A DNA stretch of 64,000 bases, taken from contig CBDIIB010000004.1 of assembly GCA_965279525.1 (NCBI GenBank), positions 320,001 through 384,000 of the forward strand, written 5' to 3'. The stretch's first letter is position 1, and each line of letters opens with the position of its first letter. A program made the position numbers and the translations under genes. Shown here piece by piece: positions 19,507 through 29,589 of this stretch. The DNA is from Tagaea sp. (GTDB taxonomy: Bacteria > Pseudomonadota > Alphaproteobacteria > CACIAM-22H2). The notes below the pieces were generated by a model, which was given only the letters and a program-made list of their open reading frames with translations, did not search any database and was not told the origin of the DNA.

Positions 19507-21054
19507 TTGTCAGACAAAGTCCTGATCCTCGATTTCGGCAGCCAGGTCACCCAGCTCATCGCGCGCCGCGTGCGCGAAAGCGGCGTCTACTGCGAAGTGC
19601 TCCCGTTCAACGCCGACGAAGCGCGCCTGAAGGCGTTCGACGCCAGCGCCATCATCCTGTCGGGCGGCCCCGCCTCGGTCACCGAGAGCCACACGCCGCG
19701 CGCCCCGCAATACGTGTTCGAGGCGGGCGTGCCCGTGCTCGGCATCTGCTACGGCCAGCAGACGATGTGCGCCCAGCTCGGCGGCAAGGTCGAGAGCGGC
19801 CACCACCGCGAATTCGGCCGCGCCTTCATCGACATCTTCCAGGACTGCACGCTGTTCGACGGCGTGTGGCCCAAGGGGACGCGCGAGGAAGTGTGGATGA
19901 GCCACGGCGACCGCGTCGTGGCGCTGCCACCCGGCTTCCGCACCGTCGCCACCAGCGAGGGTGCTCCGTTCGCGGCCATCGCGGACGATGCGCGCCGCTT
20001 CTACGGCGTGCAGTTCCACCCGGAAGTCGTCCACACCCCGCACGGGGCGGCGTTGCTCAAGAACTTCACGACGCGCGTGGCGGGCCTCAAGGGCGATTGG
20101 ACGATGGCGGCCTTCCGCCAGCAGGCGATCGCCAAGATCCGCGCGCAGGTCGGCAAGGGCAGGGTGATCTGCGGGCTTTCGGGCGGTGTCGACTCATCCG
20201 TCGCGGCCGTACTCCTGCACGAGGCGATCGGCGACCAGCTCACCTGCATCCTCGTCGACCACGGGCTGATGCGGCTGGGCGAGGCCGACCAGGTGGTGGA
20301 GCTGTTCCGCGGCCACTACAACATCCCGCTCGTGCACCGCAACGCGCAGCAGGACTTCCTCGGCAAGCTCGACGGCGTCAGCGACCCCGAGCAGAAGCGC
20401 AAGATCATCGGTGCGACCTTCATCGACGTGTTCGAGGAAGAAGCGAAGAAGGTCGGCGGGGCCGATTTCCTCGCGCAGGGCACGCTCTATCCCGACGTGA
20501 TCGAAAGCGTGTCGTTCACCGGCGGCCCGTCGGTGACGATCAAGTCGCACCACAACGTGGGCGGCCTGCCGGCGCGCATGCGCATGAAGCTGGTGGAACC
20601 GCTGCGCGAACTCTTCAAGGACGAGGTGCGGGCCTTGGGCCGCGAACTCGGCCTGCCGGAAAGCCTCGTCGGCCGCCACCCGTTCCCGGGGCCGGGCCTC
20701 GCGATCCGCATCCCGGGCGACATCACGGGCGAGAAGCTCGACATCCTGCGCAAGGCCGACGCCGTCTATCTCGACGCGATCCGCAAGGCCGGCCTCTACG
20801 ACAAGATCTGGCAGGCCTTCGCGGTGCTGCTGCCGGTGAAGACCGTCGGCGTGATGGGCGACGCGCGCTCCTACGACTATGTCTGCGCGCTGCGCGCCGT
20901 GACCTCGACCGACGGCATGACCGCGGACTCGTACCCGTTCGAGCACGCGTTCCTGGCGGCCGTGGCCACGCGCATCATCAACGAAGTGCGCGGCATCAAC
21001 CGCGTGGTCTACGACGTGACGTCGAAGCCGCCGGGGACGATCGAGTGGGAGTGA
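19507..21054 (+). CDS. guaA: GMP synthase (glutamine-hydrolysing)
   Basis: [23 protein letters not shown] and KPPGTIEWE motifs; TTG start. Confidence 0.98.
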   Translation: MSDKVLILDFGSQVTQLIARRVRESGVYCEVLPFNADEARLKAFDASAIILSGGPASVTESHTPRAPQYVFEAGVPVLGICYGQQTMCAQLGGKVESGHHREFGRAFIDIFQDCTLFDGVWPKGTREEVWMSHGDRVVALPPGFRTVATSEGAPFAAIADDARRFYGVQFHPEVVHTPHGAALLKNFTTRVAGLKGDWTMAAFRQQAIAKIRAQVGKGRVICGLSGGVDSSVAAVLLHEAIGDQLTCILVDHGLMRLGEADQVVELFRGHYNIPLVHRNAQQDFLGKLDGVSDPEQKRKIIGATFIDVFEEEAKKVGGADFLAQGTLYPDVIESVSFTGGPSVTIKSHHNVGGLPARMRMKLVEPLRELFKDEVRALGRELGLPESLVGRHPFPGPGLAIRIPGDITGEKLDILRKADAVYLDAIRKAGLYDKIWQAFAVLLPVKTVGVMGDARSYDYVCALRAVTSTDGMTADSYPFEHAFLAAVATRIINEVRGINRVVYDVTSKPPGTIEWE

Positions 21055-21067
21055 TGCCCGCGCGCCG

Positions 21068-21988
21068 CTAGCGCCGGGTTCGCTCGACATCGGCAAGCCG
21101 CGCTCGCAGGCGCGGAGCGGCGAAATCGAGAAACGCCCGCATCTTCGACGGCAACTCGCCGCGTGCCGCATGCAAGAGATGCACGGGCAGTGGCTCCGGC
21201 TCGTCGCGTTCAAGCACGATACGCAGGGTGCCGTCGTGCATCGCGTCGATGCAATGATAGTGGAGCACACGCACGGCGCCCACGCCTTGCGTGGCGGCCC
21301 AGACCGCGGCATCGGCCGTGGAGACGGTGAGGCGCGGGCGGATCGAGATGTCGTTCGTCCGTTTCGTGCCACCCTTCCGGAACGACCAGACGGCGAGCCG
21401 TGTGGGCATCGTGAAACTGATGCACGGCATCTTCACGAGGTCGGCAGGCGTTTTCGGCGTGCCGTATTTCTTGAGGAGGGCCGGGCTCGCGCACACGACC
21501 GTGCGCATCTGGCCGATGCGCGTTGCCACCATGCTGCTGTCGGGCAGTGCACCGATGCGCACGGCAAGGTCGATATGCTCGTCGACCAGTTGCAGGTTCC
21601 GGTCGGACAGCAGCAGACGCACGTCGATCTCGGGATATCCGGCGAGAAACTCGGCGACGATCGGCAACACATGCAGGCGGCCGAACAGGATCGGCGCGGT
21701 CAATACCAGGTCGCCGCGCGGCGTCTCGAACTCGCCGGCCGCTTTGCTCTCTGCCTCGTTCACCGCTTCGATGATGCGCCGCGCTGCGACGAGATAGTCA
21801 GCACCTGCGTCTGTCAGTGCCAGCCGGCGGGTCGTGCGGACCAGAAGGCGCGTGCCGAGATGGGATTCGAGATCGCCGATTTTGCGGCTGACGGTCGCCA
21901 GCGGCATTCGCATGTCGCGCGCCGCGGCCGAGAAACTGCCCGTGTCGACGACGCGGGTGAGGATCGACATCGCTTCCAGACGGTCCAT
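21068..21988 (-). CDS. LysR family regulator (CrgA/DmlR-like)
   Basis: GSFSAAAR...LESHLGTRLLVRTTR HTH. Confidence 0.93.
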   Translation of the reverse strand: MDRLEAMSILTRVVDTGSFSAAARDMRMPLATVSRKIGDLESHLGTRLLVRTTRRLALTDAGADYLVAARRIIEAVNEAESKAAGEFETPRGDLVLTAPILFGRLHVLPIVAEFLAGYPEIDVRLLLSDRNLQLVDEHIDLAVRIGALPDSSMVATRIGQMRTVVCASPALLKKYGTPKTPADLVKMPCISFTMPTRLAVWSFRKGGTKRTNDISIRPRLTVSTADAAVWAATQGVGAVRVLHYHCIDAMHDGTLRIVLERDEPEPLPVHLLHAARGELPSKMRAFLDFAAPRLRARLADVERTRR

Positions 21989-22106
21989 GAATATCCCGTA
22001 ATTCGAGAGAATATCTATAGAAGTTACAGGATTATCGAACAATCCGGAATGGCCTATTCCTGTGATCGCCGGGCCGATCGGCCCAGCGTTCCGGACAGGA
22101 GGGAAA

Positions 22107-22736
22107 ATGGCCTACGGTTTTCTCGATATCGCGGCTACCGACGACGTGCGCGCGGTGCAGGCGGAGATGGGAAGCGCCGAGGTATTCGCCCGCTTCGCAG
22201 GCGACAGGAAGTTCGACCGCTTTACCCCGAACGAGGCCGCCTTCATCGCGGCGCGCGACAGCTTCTACATGGCCAGCGTTTCGCAGACGGGCTGGCCCTA
22301 TGTGCAACATCGCGGCGGGCCGCCGGGATTCCTGAAGGTGATCGATCCGCAGACGCTTGCCTTCGCCGACTATCGTGGCAATCGGCAGTACATCAGCGTG
22401 GGCAACCTGCGCGGCGAAGGCCGCGTGGCCATGATCCTGATGGATCACGCGGCGCGCGCGCGACTTAAAATCTACGCGCATGCCGAGGCCGTGTCTCTCG
22501 ATGCCGATCTCGCATTGACGGCACAGGTCGTCGATGTCGGGTACAAGGCAAAGCCGGAGCGCATCGTGCGCCTTCGCCTGTCGGCGTTCGACTGGAACTG
22601 CCCGCAGCACATCGTGCCGCGCTTCACGCGCGAAGAACTCGCCGACGCGATGGGCTCGGTGAGCGAACGCCTCGAGGCTCTCGAGAAGGAGAACGCGGAA
22701 CTTCGCGCTAAGCTGTCGGATGTCAGCGGAGGCTGA
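22107..22736 (+). CDS. Pyridoxamine 5'-phosphate oxidase-like FMN-binding protein
   Basis: GWPYVQHRGGPPGF, DYRGNRQYIS and DWNCPQHI motifs; AGGAGG RBS. Confidence 0.88.
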   Translation: MAYGFLDIAATDDVRAVQAEMGSAEVFARFAGDRKFDRFTPNEAAFIAARDSFYMASVSQTGWPYVQHRGGPPGFLKVIDPQTLAFADYRGNRQYISVGNLRGEGRVAMILMDHAARARLKIYAHAEAVSLDADLALTAQVVDVGYKAKPERIVRLRLSAFDWNCPQHIVPRFTREELADAMGSVSERLEALEKENAELRAKLSDVSGG

Positions 22737-23181
22737 GCGCCAATTCCTCCAGCTGATCCGCCGCCATGCCCCACCCCACGTGGAACCCCATCGCCTCGTG
22801 CTGCTTGCAATCGGCCTCGGTCCAGTGCCGCGCGCCGGCCACGTAGTGCGTGCCGCCGCCCGGCGCGTCCTTGAGGTGCACGTAGGCGACCATGAAGGGC
22901 TTGGCGGTCGGCACGAAGCCTGCGGTGAAGGCGTCGGTGAAGACGAGGCGTTCCATCGGCACCACCTCCAGCCAGCAGCCGGGGTTCTCGTGGCGCTCGC
23001 CGTTCGGGCCTTTCATGATGACCAGCGACTTGCCGCCGGGCTTCAGGTCGAACTCGGCATGTTCCACGCCCCACGGCTTCGGGCAGAACCATTGCTTGAG
23101 CAGTTCGGTCTCGGTCCAGCAGCGCCAGATCGCCTTGCGCGAGGCTTTGAAGGTGCGTTCGATCTGCAGATCGTGGCTCAT
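22723..23181 (-). CDS. SRPBCC/AHA1-like protein
   Basis: IERTFKA...WTETELLKQWFCPKPW and HEAMGFHVGW motifs. Confidence 0.88.
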   Translation of the reverse strand: MSHDLQIERTFKASRKAIWRCWTETELLKQWFCPKPWGVEHAEFDLKPGGKSLVIMKGPNGERHENPGCWLEVVPMERLVFTDAFTAGFVPTAKPFMVAYVHLKDAPGGGTHYVAGARHWTEADCKQHEAMGFHVGWGMAADQLEELALSLR

Positions 23182-23810
23182 GGCTTGGCGGCTTTCTTCT
23201 TTTTGGGGCGGAACAGGGAACGGACATAGCGTTTGAGGTGGTCGATCGTGTCGATCACGACGGCCGGGTTGTTGCGCGCCTTGGCGACGACGAACGCACC
23301 CTGCAGCACGACCTGCGTGTGCAGCGCCAGGCTTTCGGCCGTCCAGCCGGGCAGGGGCTTGTGGGTTTTCATCGCGGCGGCGATGTCGGCCACCAGCGTG
23401 GTCGCGTGGCCGAAGATCGACGCGTCGCACGCATCGCGCACGCGCGGGTGCGAGACATAGACCTCCTGCACCAGCGTGCCGACAAGGCAGGTCAAGTCCG
23501 GCAGGTCGCCCTGCGCGAGCGTTTTCCGGAAATCGAGATAGGCGAGGATGCGCGCCAGCGGATCACGGTGCTTGTGATAGGCGGCTTCGACGAACAACCC
23601 GCTCGTCCAGACCCGCCAGTGGTCCGCGACCGCGACTCCGAGATCTTCCTTGCCGGTGAAATGGTGGAAGAACGCGCCCTTGGTGACGCCGGCCGCCTTG
23701 CAAAGATCGTCGATGCTGGTCGCCGCGAAGCCGTTCCGCCGCACGAGGGTGACGGCGGCGTCGAGCAGCTTCGCGCGGGCGTTGGGCAGGGCCGGGGCGG
23801 CGGTGGACAT
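23178..23810 (-). CDS. TetR family regulator (NemR-like)
   Basis: GFAATSIDDLCKAAGVTKGAFFHHF HTH; CLVG motif. Confidence 0.92.
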   Translation of the reverse strand: MSTAAPALPNARAKLLDAAVTLVRRNGFAATSIDDLCKAAGVTKGAFFHHFTGKEDLGVAVADHWRVWTSGLFVEAAYHKHRDPLARILAYLDFRKTLAQGDLPDLTCLVGTLVQEVYVSHPRVRDACDASIFGHATTLVADIAAAMKTHKPLPGWTAESLALHTQVVLQGAFVVAKARNNPAVVIDTIDHLKRYVRSLFRPKKKKAAKP

Positions 23811-23819
23811 GATTGACAA

Positions 23820-23839
23820 CATACCGACCGGTCGGTATG
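23820..23839. promoter_or_regulatory. Perfect 20-bp palindrome CATACCGACCGGTCGGTATG, TetR operator
   Basis: Lies between divergent tetR and DUF1428 genes, flanked by TTGAC and GTCAA. Confidence 0.8.
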
Positions 23840-23866
23840 CAGGTCAAGCAACGGGAGGAGAAAACG

Positions 23867-24235
23867 ATGAAAACCAAGATGGGCTATGTCGACGGTTTCG
23901 TGCTGGCGGTGCCGACGCGCAACAAGGCGGCCTACGCGAAGCTGGCCAAGCTCGGCTGGACGAAGATGTTCCGCGATCTGGGCGCCATCCGGCAGGTCGA
24001 GGCGTGGGCCGACGACGTGCCGAAGGGCAAGTGGACGGACTTCCACCGTTCGGTGAAGGCGAAGAAGACCGAGAGCGTCGTCTTCGCGTGGATCGAATGG
24101 CCGTCGCGCAAGGTGCGCGATGCCGCCATGAAGAAGATGATGTCCGATCCGAAGTTCAAGGACATGTTCAAGGAGATGCCGTTCGACGGCAAGCGCATGA
24201 TTTTCGGAGGGTTTAAGCCGATTTTCCAGAGCTGA
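23867..24235 (+). CDS. DUF1428 (YbaA-like) protein
   Basis: YVDGFVLAVP, DDVPKGKWTDF and MPFDGKRMIFGGF motifs. Confidence 0.9.
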   Translation: MKTKMGYVDGFVLAVPTRNKAAYAKLAKLGWTKMFRDLGAIRQVEAWADDVPKGKWTDFHRSVKAKKTESVVFAWIEWPSRKVRDAAMKKMMSDPKFKDMFKEMPFDGKRMIFGGFKPIFQS

Positions 24236-24355
24236 CCCGGACGGTTCCGGGGGCGGGGACGGGGGCCGGAGCGCCCGCAAATAGGCTGTGGCGTTCCGGC
24301 CGCGATTTAAGTAGCGTGCGGCCAATCGTCCCCACCCCGGAGTAACAGACAGAAT

Positions 24356-24922
24356 ATGGCCCCTTTCAATCCCGGCCCGACCAAGACCATCGAAGCGGTC
24401 GTCAAGTGGTTCAACACGACCAAGGGCTTCGGCTTCGTCGCACCGACGGACGGGTCGCCGGACGTGTTCCTGCATGCCGCCGCCCTCGAGCAGGCGGGCC
24501 TGCCGCCGCCGGGCGAGGGTGCGAAGATCAAGTGCGAGGTCGGTCCCGGCAAGAAGGGTCCGCAGGTCGTGCGCGTGCACGAGGTCGACGGCCGTGCGGG
24601 CACGGGCGGCGGTGCCCCGGGTGGCGGTGGCGGCGGAATGGGCGCACCGCGTGGCGGTGCACGTCCGGCACCGCGGGGCGGCAATTTCCGCGACGAGGTC
24701 GACATGGCCGGTGCGGTCGATGTCGAGGGCACGATCAAGTGGTATTCGCCCGAGAAGGGCTACGGCTTCGTCGCCACCAGCGACGGCGGCAAGGACGTGT
24801 TCGTCAACGCCGCGTGCCTGCGCCGGTCGAGCATTCCGTCGGTCGACGTCGACCAGGCCGTGCGCGCTTCCTACGTGACGACGCCGCGCGGGCGCGAGGC
24901 ACGCTACATTCGCCTGCTTTGA
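24356..24922 (+). CDS. Tandem cold-shock-domain protein
   Basis: Two KW..KG[FY]GF / DVF motifs separated by a Gly/RGG linker. Confidence 0.92.
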   Translation: MAPFNPGPTKTIEAVVKWFNTTKGFGFVAPTDGSPDVFLHAAALEQAGLPPPGEGAKIKCEVGPGKKGPQVVRVHEVDGRAGTGGGAPGGGGGGMGAPRGGARPAPRGGNFRDEVDMAGAVDVEGTIKWYSPEKGYGFVATSDGGKDVFVNAACLRRSSIPSVDVDQAVRASYVTTPRGREARYIRLL

Positions 24923-24976
24923 CAAAACGGTCGCCGATATGGTCATGCTTGGGGGCCTTCCCCCGGAGACTTGTCG

Positions 24977-25192
24977 ATGACCATTTACACGCGCCGCCTC
25001 AGCGACAAGATCATTCTGGCCTTCGAACAGGCGTGCGAGACGCAGGCACTCGACTGCGCCGAACTGCTCTTGAAGGCGCTCGAGATGTCGCTGACGACGA
25101 TGGGCGGGCCGGGGGCGGTCGACCGGCGGGTCAACATGGAGCCTTACGTCCATGCCTTCGAGCGGCTCCAAGCCCTGAAAAGCGGGCGCTAA
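24977..25192 (+). CDS. Small hypothetical helical protein (71 aa)
   Basis: GGAG RBS, core-like codon usage, RRLSDKIILAFEQAC. Confidence 0.7.
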   Translation: MTIYTRRLSDKIILAFEQACETQALDCAELLLKALEMSLTTMGGPGAVDRRVNMEPYVHAFERLQALKSGR

Positions 25193-25307
25193 CTGCCTAA
25201 TCGGCAATGGAATTGAGGCGCCGGTGTGGCGCCATTCGTGATTTGCGCCCTGCGGCCGGACGGGCTAGTTTGGCGCACCTTTTCCCGCCCCCAAGAGTCG
25301 AGGCACC

Positions 25308-25946
25308 GTGGCCGACGTATTCGATGAAGTCGACGAGGATCTGAGGCGCGCGAAAGCGCTGAAGCTCTGGAAGAAGTTCGCCCCGCTGGTCGTGGGTGCG
25401 GCCGTCGCGATCGTCGTGGGCACCGCCGCGTGGGTCATGTGGCAGGACCACCAGCGCAAGCGTGCCGAGGCCGAATCGCTGCGCTTCGTGACCGCGAGCG
25501 ACCTTGCCGCGACCGACGCCGAACGCGCCATCGCCGAGCTGCGTGCCCTGGCGCGCGACGGCAAGGCCGGCTACGCCTCGCTCGCCCGCCTCAAGGAAGC
25601 CTCGGTGACGCTCGAGCGCGACCGCGCGCAGGGCCTCGCCCTCTACCGGCAGATCGCGGCGGACAGTTCCGTCGACCAGCAGCTACGCGAAGGGGCCACG
25701 GTCGTCGCCGCCCTGCTCGCGGTCGATCGCGAAGCACCGGCCGACGTGACCAAGGCGCTCGGGCCCCTCCAGTCGCCCGCCGGTGCGTGGCGCCATGCCG
25801 CGCGCGAAGTCGAAGCGCTTGCGCTGCTGCGCGCCGGCGACCGGGCCAAGGCGCTCGAGATCTACCGCTCGCTCGCCGACGATCTGAGTGCGCCTGCCGG
25901 CCTGCGCCAGCGCGCGGCCGAGATCACCGCAGCGCTGGCCGGCTGA
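25308..25946 (+). CDS. YfgM-like tetratricopeptide membrane protein
   Basis: DVFDEVDEDLRR N-terminus plus TM; upstream of bamB-der. Confidence 0.85.
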   Translation: MADVFDEVDEDLRRAKALKLWKKFAPLVVGAAVAIVVGTAAWVMWQDHQRKRAEAESLRFVTASDLAATDAERAIAELRALARDGKAGYASLARLKEASVTLERDRAQGLALYRQIAADSSVDQQLREGATVVAALLAVDREAPADVTKALGPLQSPAGAWRHAAREVEALALLRAGDRAKALEIYRSLADDLSAPAGLRQRAAEITAALAG

Positions 25947-25963
25947 CGGGACGTCGAACAGTC

Positions 25964-27277
25964 ATGCGCTGGCGCTCTCTCGTCCTGATCGCGGCCGTCT
26001 CGGCACTGGGTGCCTGCGACTGGATGCAAGGTGCCAGCAAGCCGCCGCTGCCGGGCGAGCGTACGTCCGTGCTCACGGTCGACCGCAGGATCGAACCGGA
26101 CGAGCGCCTGCGCGGGCACGACGTCAAGCTTCCGGAAGCTGCCGACATCGCCCAGTGGCCGCAGCCGCAGGGCCAGCCGGGCACGTCGATCGGCAACGTT
26201 CGCGTCGACGGTTTCACCTATGCGTGGCGGGCCTCGATTGGCGACGGCAACAGCCGCTCGGGCCGCGTCAGCGGTTCGCCCGTCGTCGCCGACGGCCGCC
26301 TGTTTGCCGCCGACGCCAGCTCGCGGCTCGCGGCCATCGACGTGCGCAACGGCAGCCGGCTGTGGACCTTCGTGGGCGAGCCCAACGAGGACCGCAGTGG
26401 CGGCGGGTCGGGCGGCGGGGCGGCGGTCGAGGGCGACCGGGTCTATTTCGCGACCGGCTACGGCCAGCTCGTGGCGCTCGAGGCCGCGACCGGCAAGGAA
26501 GTCTGGCGCTTCCAGATGAGTGCGCCCGCCCGTTCGGGGCCGGCGGTCGCGGGCGGGCGCGTGTTCGTCGCCACGATCGACAACCAGACGCATGCGGTCG
26601 ACACCGCGACCGGCAAGCGCATCTGGCAGCATTCGGGTATTTCGGAATCCGCCGGCTTCGTCGGGGCGGCGAGCCCGGTCGTCGACGGCTCGACCGTGCT
26701 GGTCGGCTATTCGTCGGGCGAACTCTTTGCACTTCGTGCCGAAAGCGGCCGCGTGCTGTGGTCCGATACGCTGTCGGGCGTGATCCGCACGGGTCAGGTC
26801 TCCGGCATGGCCGACATCCGCGGCCGGCCCGCGGTCGACCGCGGCCTCGCGATCGTGTCGACCCAGTCGGGCCGGACCGTCGCGATCGACCTGCGGTCGG
26901 GGACGCGCATCTGGGAACAGGAAATCGGCTCGCTCGGCCAGCCGTGGATCGCCGGCGACTACGTGTTCGTCATGGGCGTGGACGGCGACCTCGCGTGCCT
27001 GCAGCGGCGCGACGGGCGCGTGGTCTGGGTGACGCCGCTGGGCGCTTTCACCGACGCGGCGCGCAAGCGCGGCCGCATCGTGTGGACCGGGCCGGTCGTG
27101 GCCAGCCAGCGCGTGGTCGTCGCCAACAACAAGGAATATGCGGTCGTCGTCGACGCCGCCAGCGGTGCCGTCGTCTCGCGCATCTCGATGCCGGGTTCGG
27201 CCGAGGTGGCGCCGATCGCGGCAAGCCGCACCATTTTCGTGCTTACGGACGACGGCGACATCGCCGCCGTGCGCTGA
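25964..27277 (+). CDS. BamB-like PQQ beta-propeller lipoprotein
   Basis: Lipobox LGAC; repeated A.D..TG...W motifs; synteny with der. Confidence 0.88.
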   Translation: MRWRSLVLIAAVSALGACDWMQGASKPPLPGERTSVLTVDRRIEPDERLRGHDVKLPEAADIAQWPQPQGQPGTSIGNVRVDGFTYAWRASIGDGNSRSGRVSGSPVVADGRLFAADASSRLAAIDVRNGSRLWTFVGEPNEDRSGGGSGGGAAVEGDRVYFATGYGQLVALEAATGKEVWRFQMSAPARSGPAVAGGRVFVATIDNQTHAVDTATGKRIWQHSGISESAGFVGAASPVVDGSTVLVGYSSGELFALRAESGRVLWSDTLSGVIRTGQVSGMADIRGRPAVDRGLAIVSTQSGRTVAIDLRSGTRIWEQEIGSLGQPWIAGDYVFVMGVDGDLACLQRRDGRVVWVTPLGAFTDAARKRGRIVWTGPVVASQRVVVANNKEYAVVVDAASGAVVSRISMPGSAEVAPIAASRTIFVLTDDGDIAAVR

Positions 27278-27291
27278 AAGGCAGTTTCCAG

Positions 27292-28674
27292 ATGGTTTGG
27301 CGCGTGGCGATCGTCGGCCGCCCGAACGTGGGCAAGTCGACACTGTTCAACCGTCTTATCGGGCGCAAGCGCGCGCTCGTCGACGACACGCCGGGCGTGA
27401 CGCGCGACCGGCGCGAGGGCGTCGGGCGGCTGGGCGACCTCAATTTCGCCGTCTACGACACCGCCGGGCTGGAAGACGCGCCGCCCAAGACGATGGCCGC
27501 GCGCATGACCAAGCAGAGCCAGCGCGCCGTCGCCGATGCCGACGTGACGCTGTTCGTGGTCGACGCGCGCGAGGGGCTGACGCCGCACGACACCCATTTC
27601 GCCAACTGGCTGCGCAAGACCGGCAAGCCGACCATCGTCGTCGCCAACAAGGCCGAGAACGCGGCGCGCACCGGCTTCGGCGTGGCGGAAGCCGCGGGCC
27701 TCGGTCTTGGCGAGCCCATCGCGGTCTCGGCCGAGCACGGCGAGGGGCTTGCCGACCTGCACGAGGCGCTGAAAGTGTTTGCACCTGCCGACGCGGTCGA
27801 GGATTACGACGCGCCCGAGCCGGAGGAACTTCCCGACGAAGCCGTCGCCAAGCCCGACATCCGCGTGGCCCTCGTCGGGCGGCCCAACGTGGGCAAGTCG
27901 ACGCTGGTCAACAGGCTGCTCGGCGACGAGCGCATGCTGACGAGCCCGGAGCCGGGCACGACGCGCGACTCGATCTCGACGCCGTTCGAGTGGAAATCGC
28001 GCAAGTTCCGCCTGATCGACACGGCGGGCCTGCGGCGCAAGGCGCGCATCGACGACACGCTCGAGAAGATGTCGGTCGGCGACACGATCCGCAACATCCG
28101 CGACGCGCATGTCTGCGTGCTGGTGATCGACGCGACGACGATGCTCGAGAACCAGGATCTGCAGATCGCGCGGCTGGCCGCCGACGAGGGGCGCGCCATC
28201 GTCGTGTGCGCGAACAAGTGGGATCTCATCGACGATCCGCAGGTGGCCTTGCGCAAGCTGCGCGACCGCATGGAAATCTCGATGCCGCAGATCAAGGGCG
28301 TGCTGTTCGTCACGATCTCGGCGCTGCAGGGGCGCAAGCTCGACGAGCTGATGGAAGCGGTCGTCACGATGCACGACCGCTGGAACGCCGACCTGCCGAC
28401 CCCGCAGCTCAACCGCTGGCTCGAAGGCGTCGTCCAGGCCCACCCGCCGCCGATCGTGTCGGGCCGCAGGCCGCGCCCGCGCTTCATGCGCCAGGTCGGC
28501 CAGCGGCCGCCCACGTTCGCGATCTTCGGCAACAAGCTCGTCTCGCTGCCGGATTCCTACGAGCGCTATCTGGTCAATTCGCTGCGCGAGACCTTCGGTC
28601 TCGAAGGGGTCGTCGTGCGCCTGCAGCTGCGGGCGTCGAGCAACCCCTACGACGACAAAAAGAAGAAGCGCTAG
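27292..28674 (+). CDS. der: Ribosome biogenesis GTPase Der
   Basis: Two GRPNVGKS P-loops, DTAG motifs, C-terminal KH-like domain. Confidence 0.97.
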   Translation: MVWRVAIVGRPNVGKSTLFNRLIGRKRALVDDTPGVTRDRREGVGRLGDLNFAVYDTAGLEDAPPKTMAARMTKQSQRAVADADVTLFVVDAREGLTPHDTHFANWLRKTGKPTIVVANKAENAARTGFGVAEAAGLGLGEPIAVSAEHGEGLADLHEALKVFAPADAVEDYDAPEPEELPDEAVAKPDIRVALVGRPNVGKSTLVNRLLGDERMLTSPEPGTTRDSISTPFEWKSRKFRLIDTAGLRRKARIDDTLEKMSVGDTIRNIRDAHVCVLVIDATTMLENQDLQIARLAADEGRAIVVCANKWDLIDDPQVALRKLRDRMEISMPQIKGVLFVTISALQGRKLDELMEAVVTMHDRWNADLPTPQLNRWLEGVVQAHPPPIVSGRRPRPRFMRQVGQRPPTFAIFGNKLVSLPDSYERYLVNSLRETFGLEGVVVRLQLRASSNPYDDKKKKR

Positions 28675-28678
28675 CGGA

Positions 28679-29185
28679 CTAAGTGCGCCCGAGGAAATCG
28701 CGCTTGCCGACCTCGACGCCGTTGTGGCGCAGGATCGTGTAGGCGGTCGTCACGTGGAAATAGAAGTTCGGCAGCGCGTTGTGCAGGAGGTATTCCTGCC
28801 CGGTCATCGTCACCGGCTGGCCGCCGATTGTCAGCGCGATCTCGCGCGTCTCGCTGCCGTCGATCTGGGCTGGCTTGAACGACTTGACGTAGTCGACCGT
28901 CTTGGCGACGCGCGCCTTGAGCGCTTCCATCGTCGTCTCGTTGTCTTCCCACTTGGGAACTTCGAGGCCGGCGAGGCGGGCCATCGGGCCCTTGGCGAAA
29001 TCGGCCGCGATCTGCACCTGGCGGGTGAGCGGGAACATGTCGGGTGCCAGGCGCGAGGCCATCAGCACGGCCGGATCGATTTTCTTGGCGACGGCGAAGG
29101 CCGCGCCCTTGTCGAGGACGTTGGAGAGCGCGCCGAGCATCTTCGTGAAAACGGGGGCGCTGATCTGGTACATCGAGATCGTCAT
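28679..29185 (-). CDS. DUF1993 family protein
   Basis: RLAPDMFPL, PNFYFHVTTAY and GKRDFLG motifs. Confidence 0.9.
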   Translation of the reverse strand: MTISMYQISAPVFTKMLGALSNVLDKGAAFAVAKKIDPAVLMASRLAPDMFPLTRQVQIAADFAKGPMARLAGLEVPKWEDNETTMEALKARVAKTVDYVKSFKPAQIDGSETREIALTIGGQPVTMTGQEYLLHNALPNFYFHVTTAYTILRHNGVEVGKRDFLGRT

Positions 29186-29244
29186 CGGGTCGTGCTCCGT
29201 GGGTGGCTGCCGGGCCGGTATGGCCCCGCGCAGATATGGGCCGG

Positions 29245-29589
29245 TCAGGGATATTGTACAAGCGACAGAAGGTTACCGTCGGGATCGGCGATCTTCGCCA
29301 CGCGCCCGCCCCAGGGTTCGGTGCGCGGCGGGACCGCGACACGCACGTCGGCGGCGATCAGGGGGGCGAGGGCCGCTTCGAGGCTCGCGACCGTGAAGCC
29401 GAACTCGACGCCCGATGCCGGTGCTTCGCCCTTCGTGAGGATCAGCTTGGCCTGCCCGGTGTCGAAGATGGCAAGGTCGTCGCCCGCGGCGACCAGCGGC
29501 AGCTTCAGCTTGCCGGAATAGAACGCTTTCGCTGCACCGATGTCGCGCACCGAAAGCTGGATCTGTTCGATCGGGCCGAGTGCCGACAT
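29245..29589 (-). CDS. VOC/glyoxalase family protein
   Basis: VRDIGAAKAFY, EPWGGR and DPDGNL motifs. Confidence 0.88.
   Translation of the reverse strand: MSALGPIEQIQLSVRDIGAAKAFYSGKLKLPLVAAGDDLAIFDTGQAKLILTKGEAPASGVEFGFTVASLEAALAPLIAADVRVAVPPRTEPWGGRVAKIADPDGNLLSLVQYP

Noticed and set aside
21040-24300. guaA-integrated genomic island
   Set aside because: No integrase and no duplicate of the guaA 3' end seen.
25888-27291. Apparent 928-aa Der with a long N-terminal extension
   Set aside because: The extension is an off-frame read of the bamB-like gene; Der starts at 27292.
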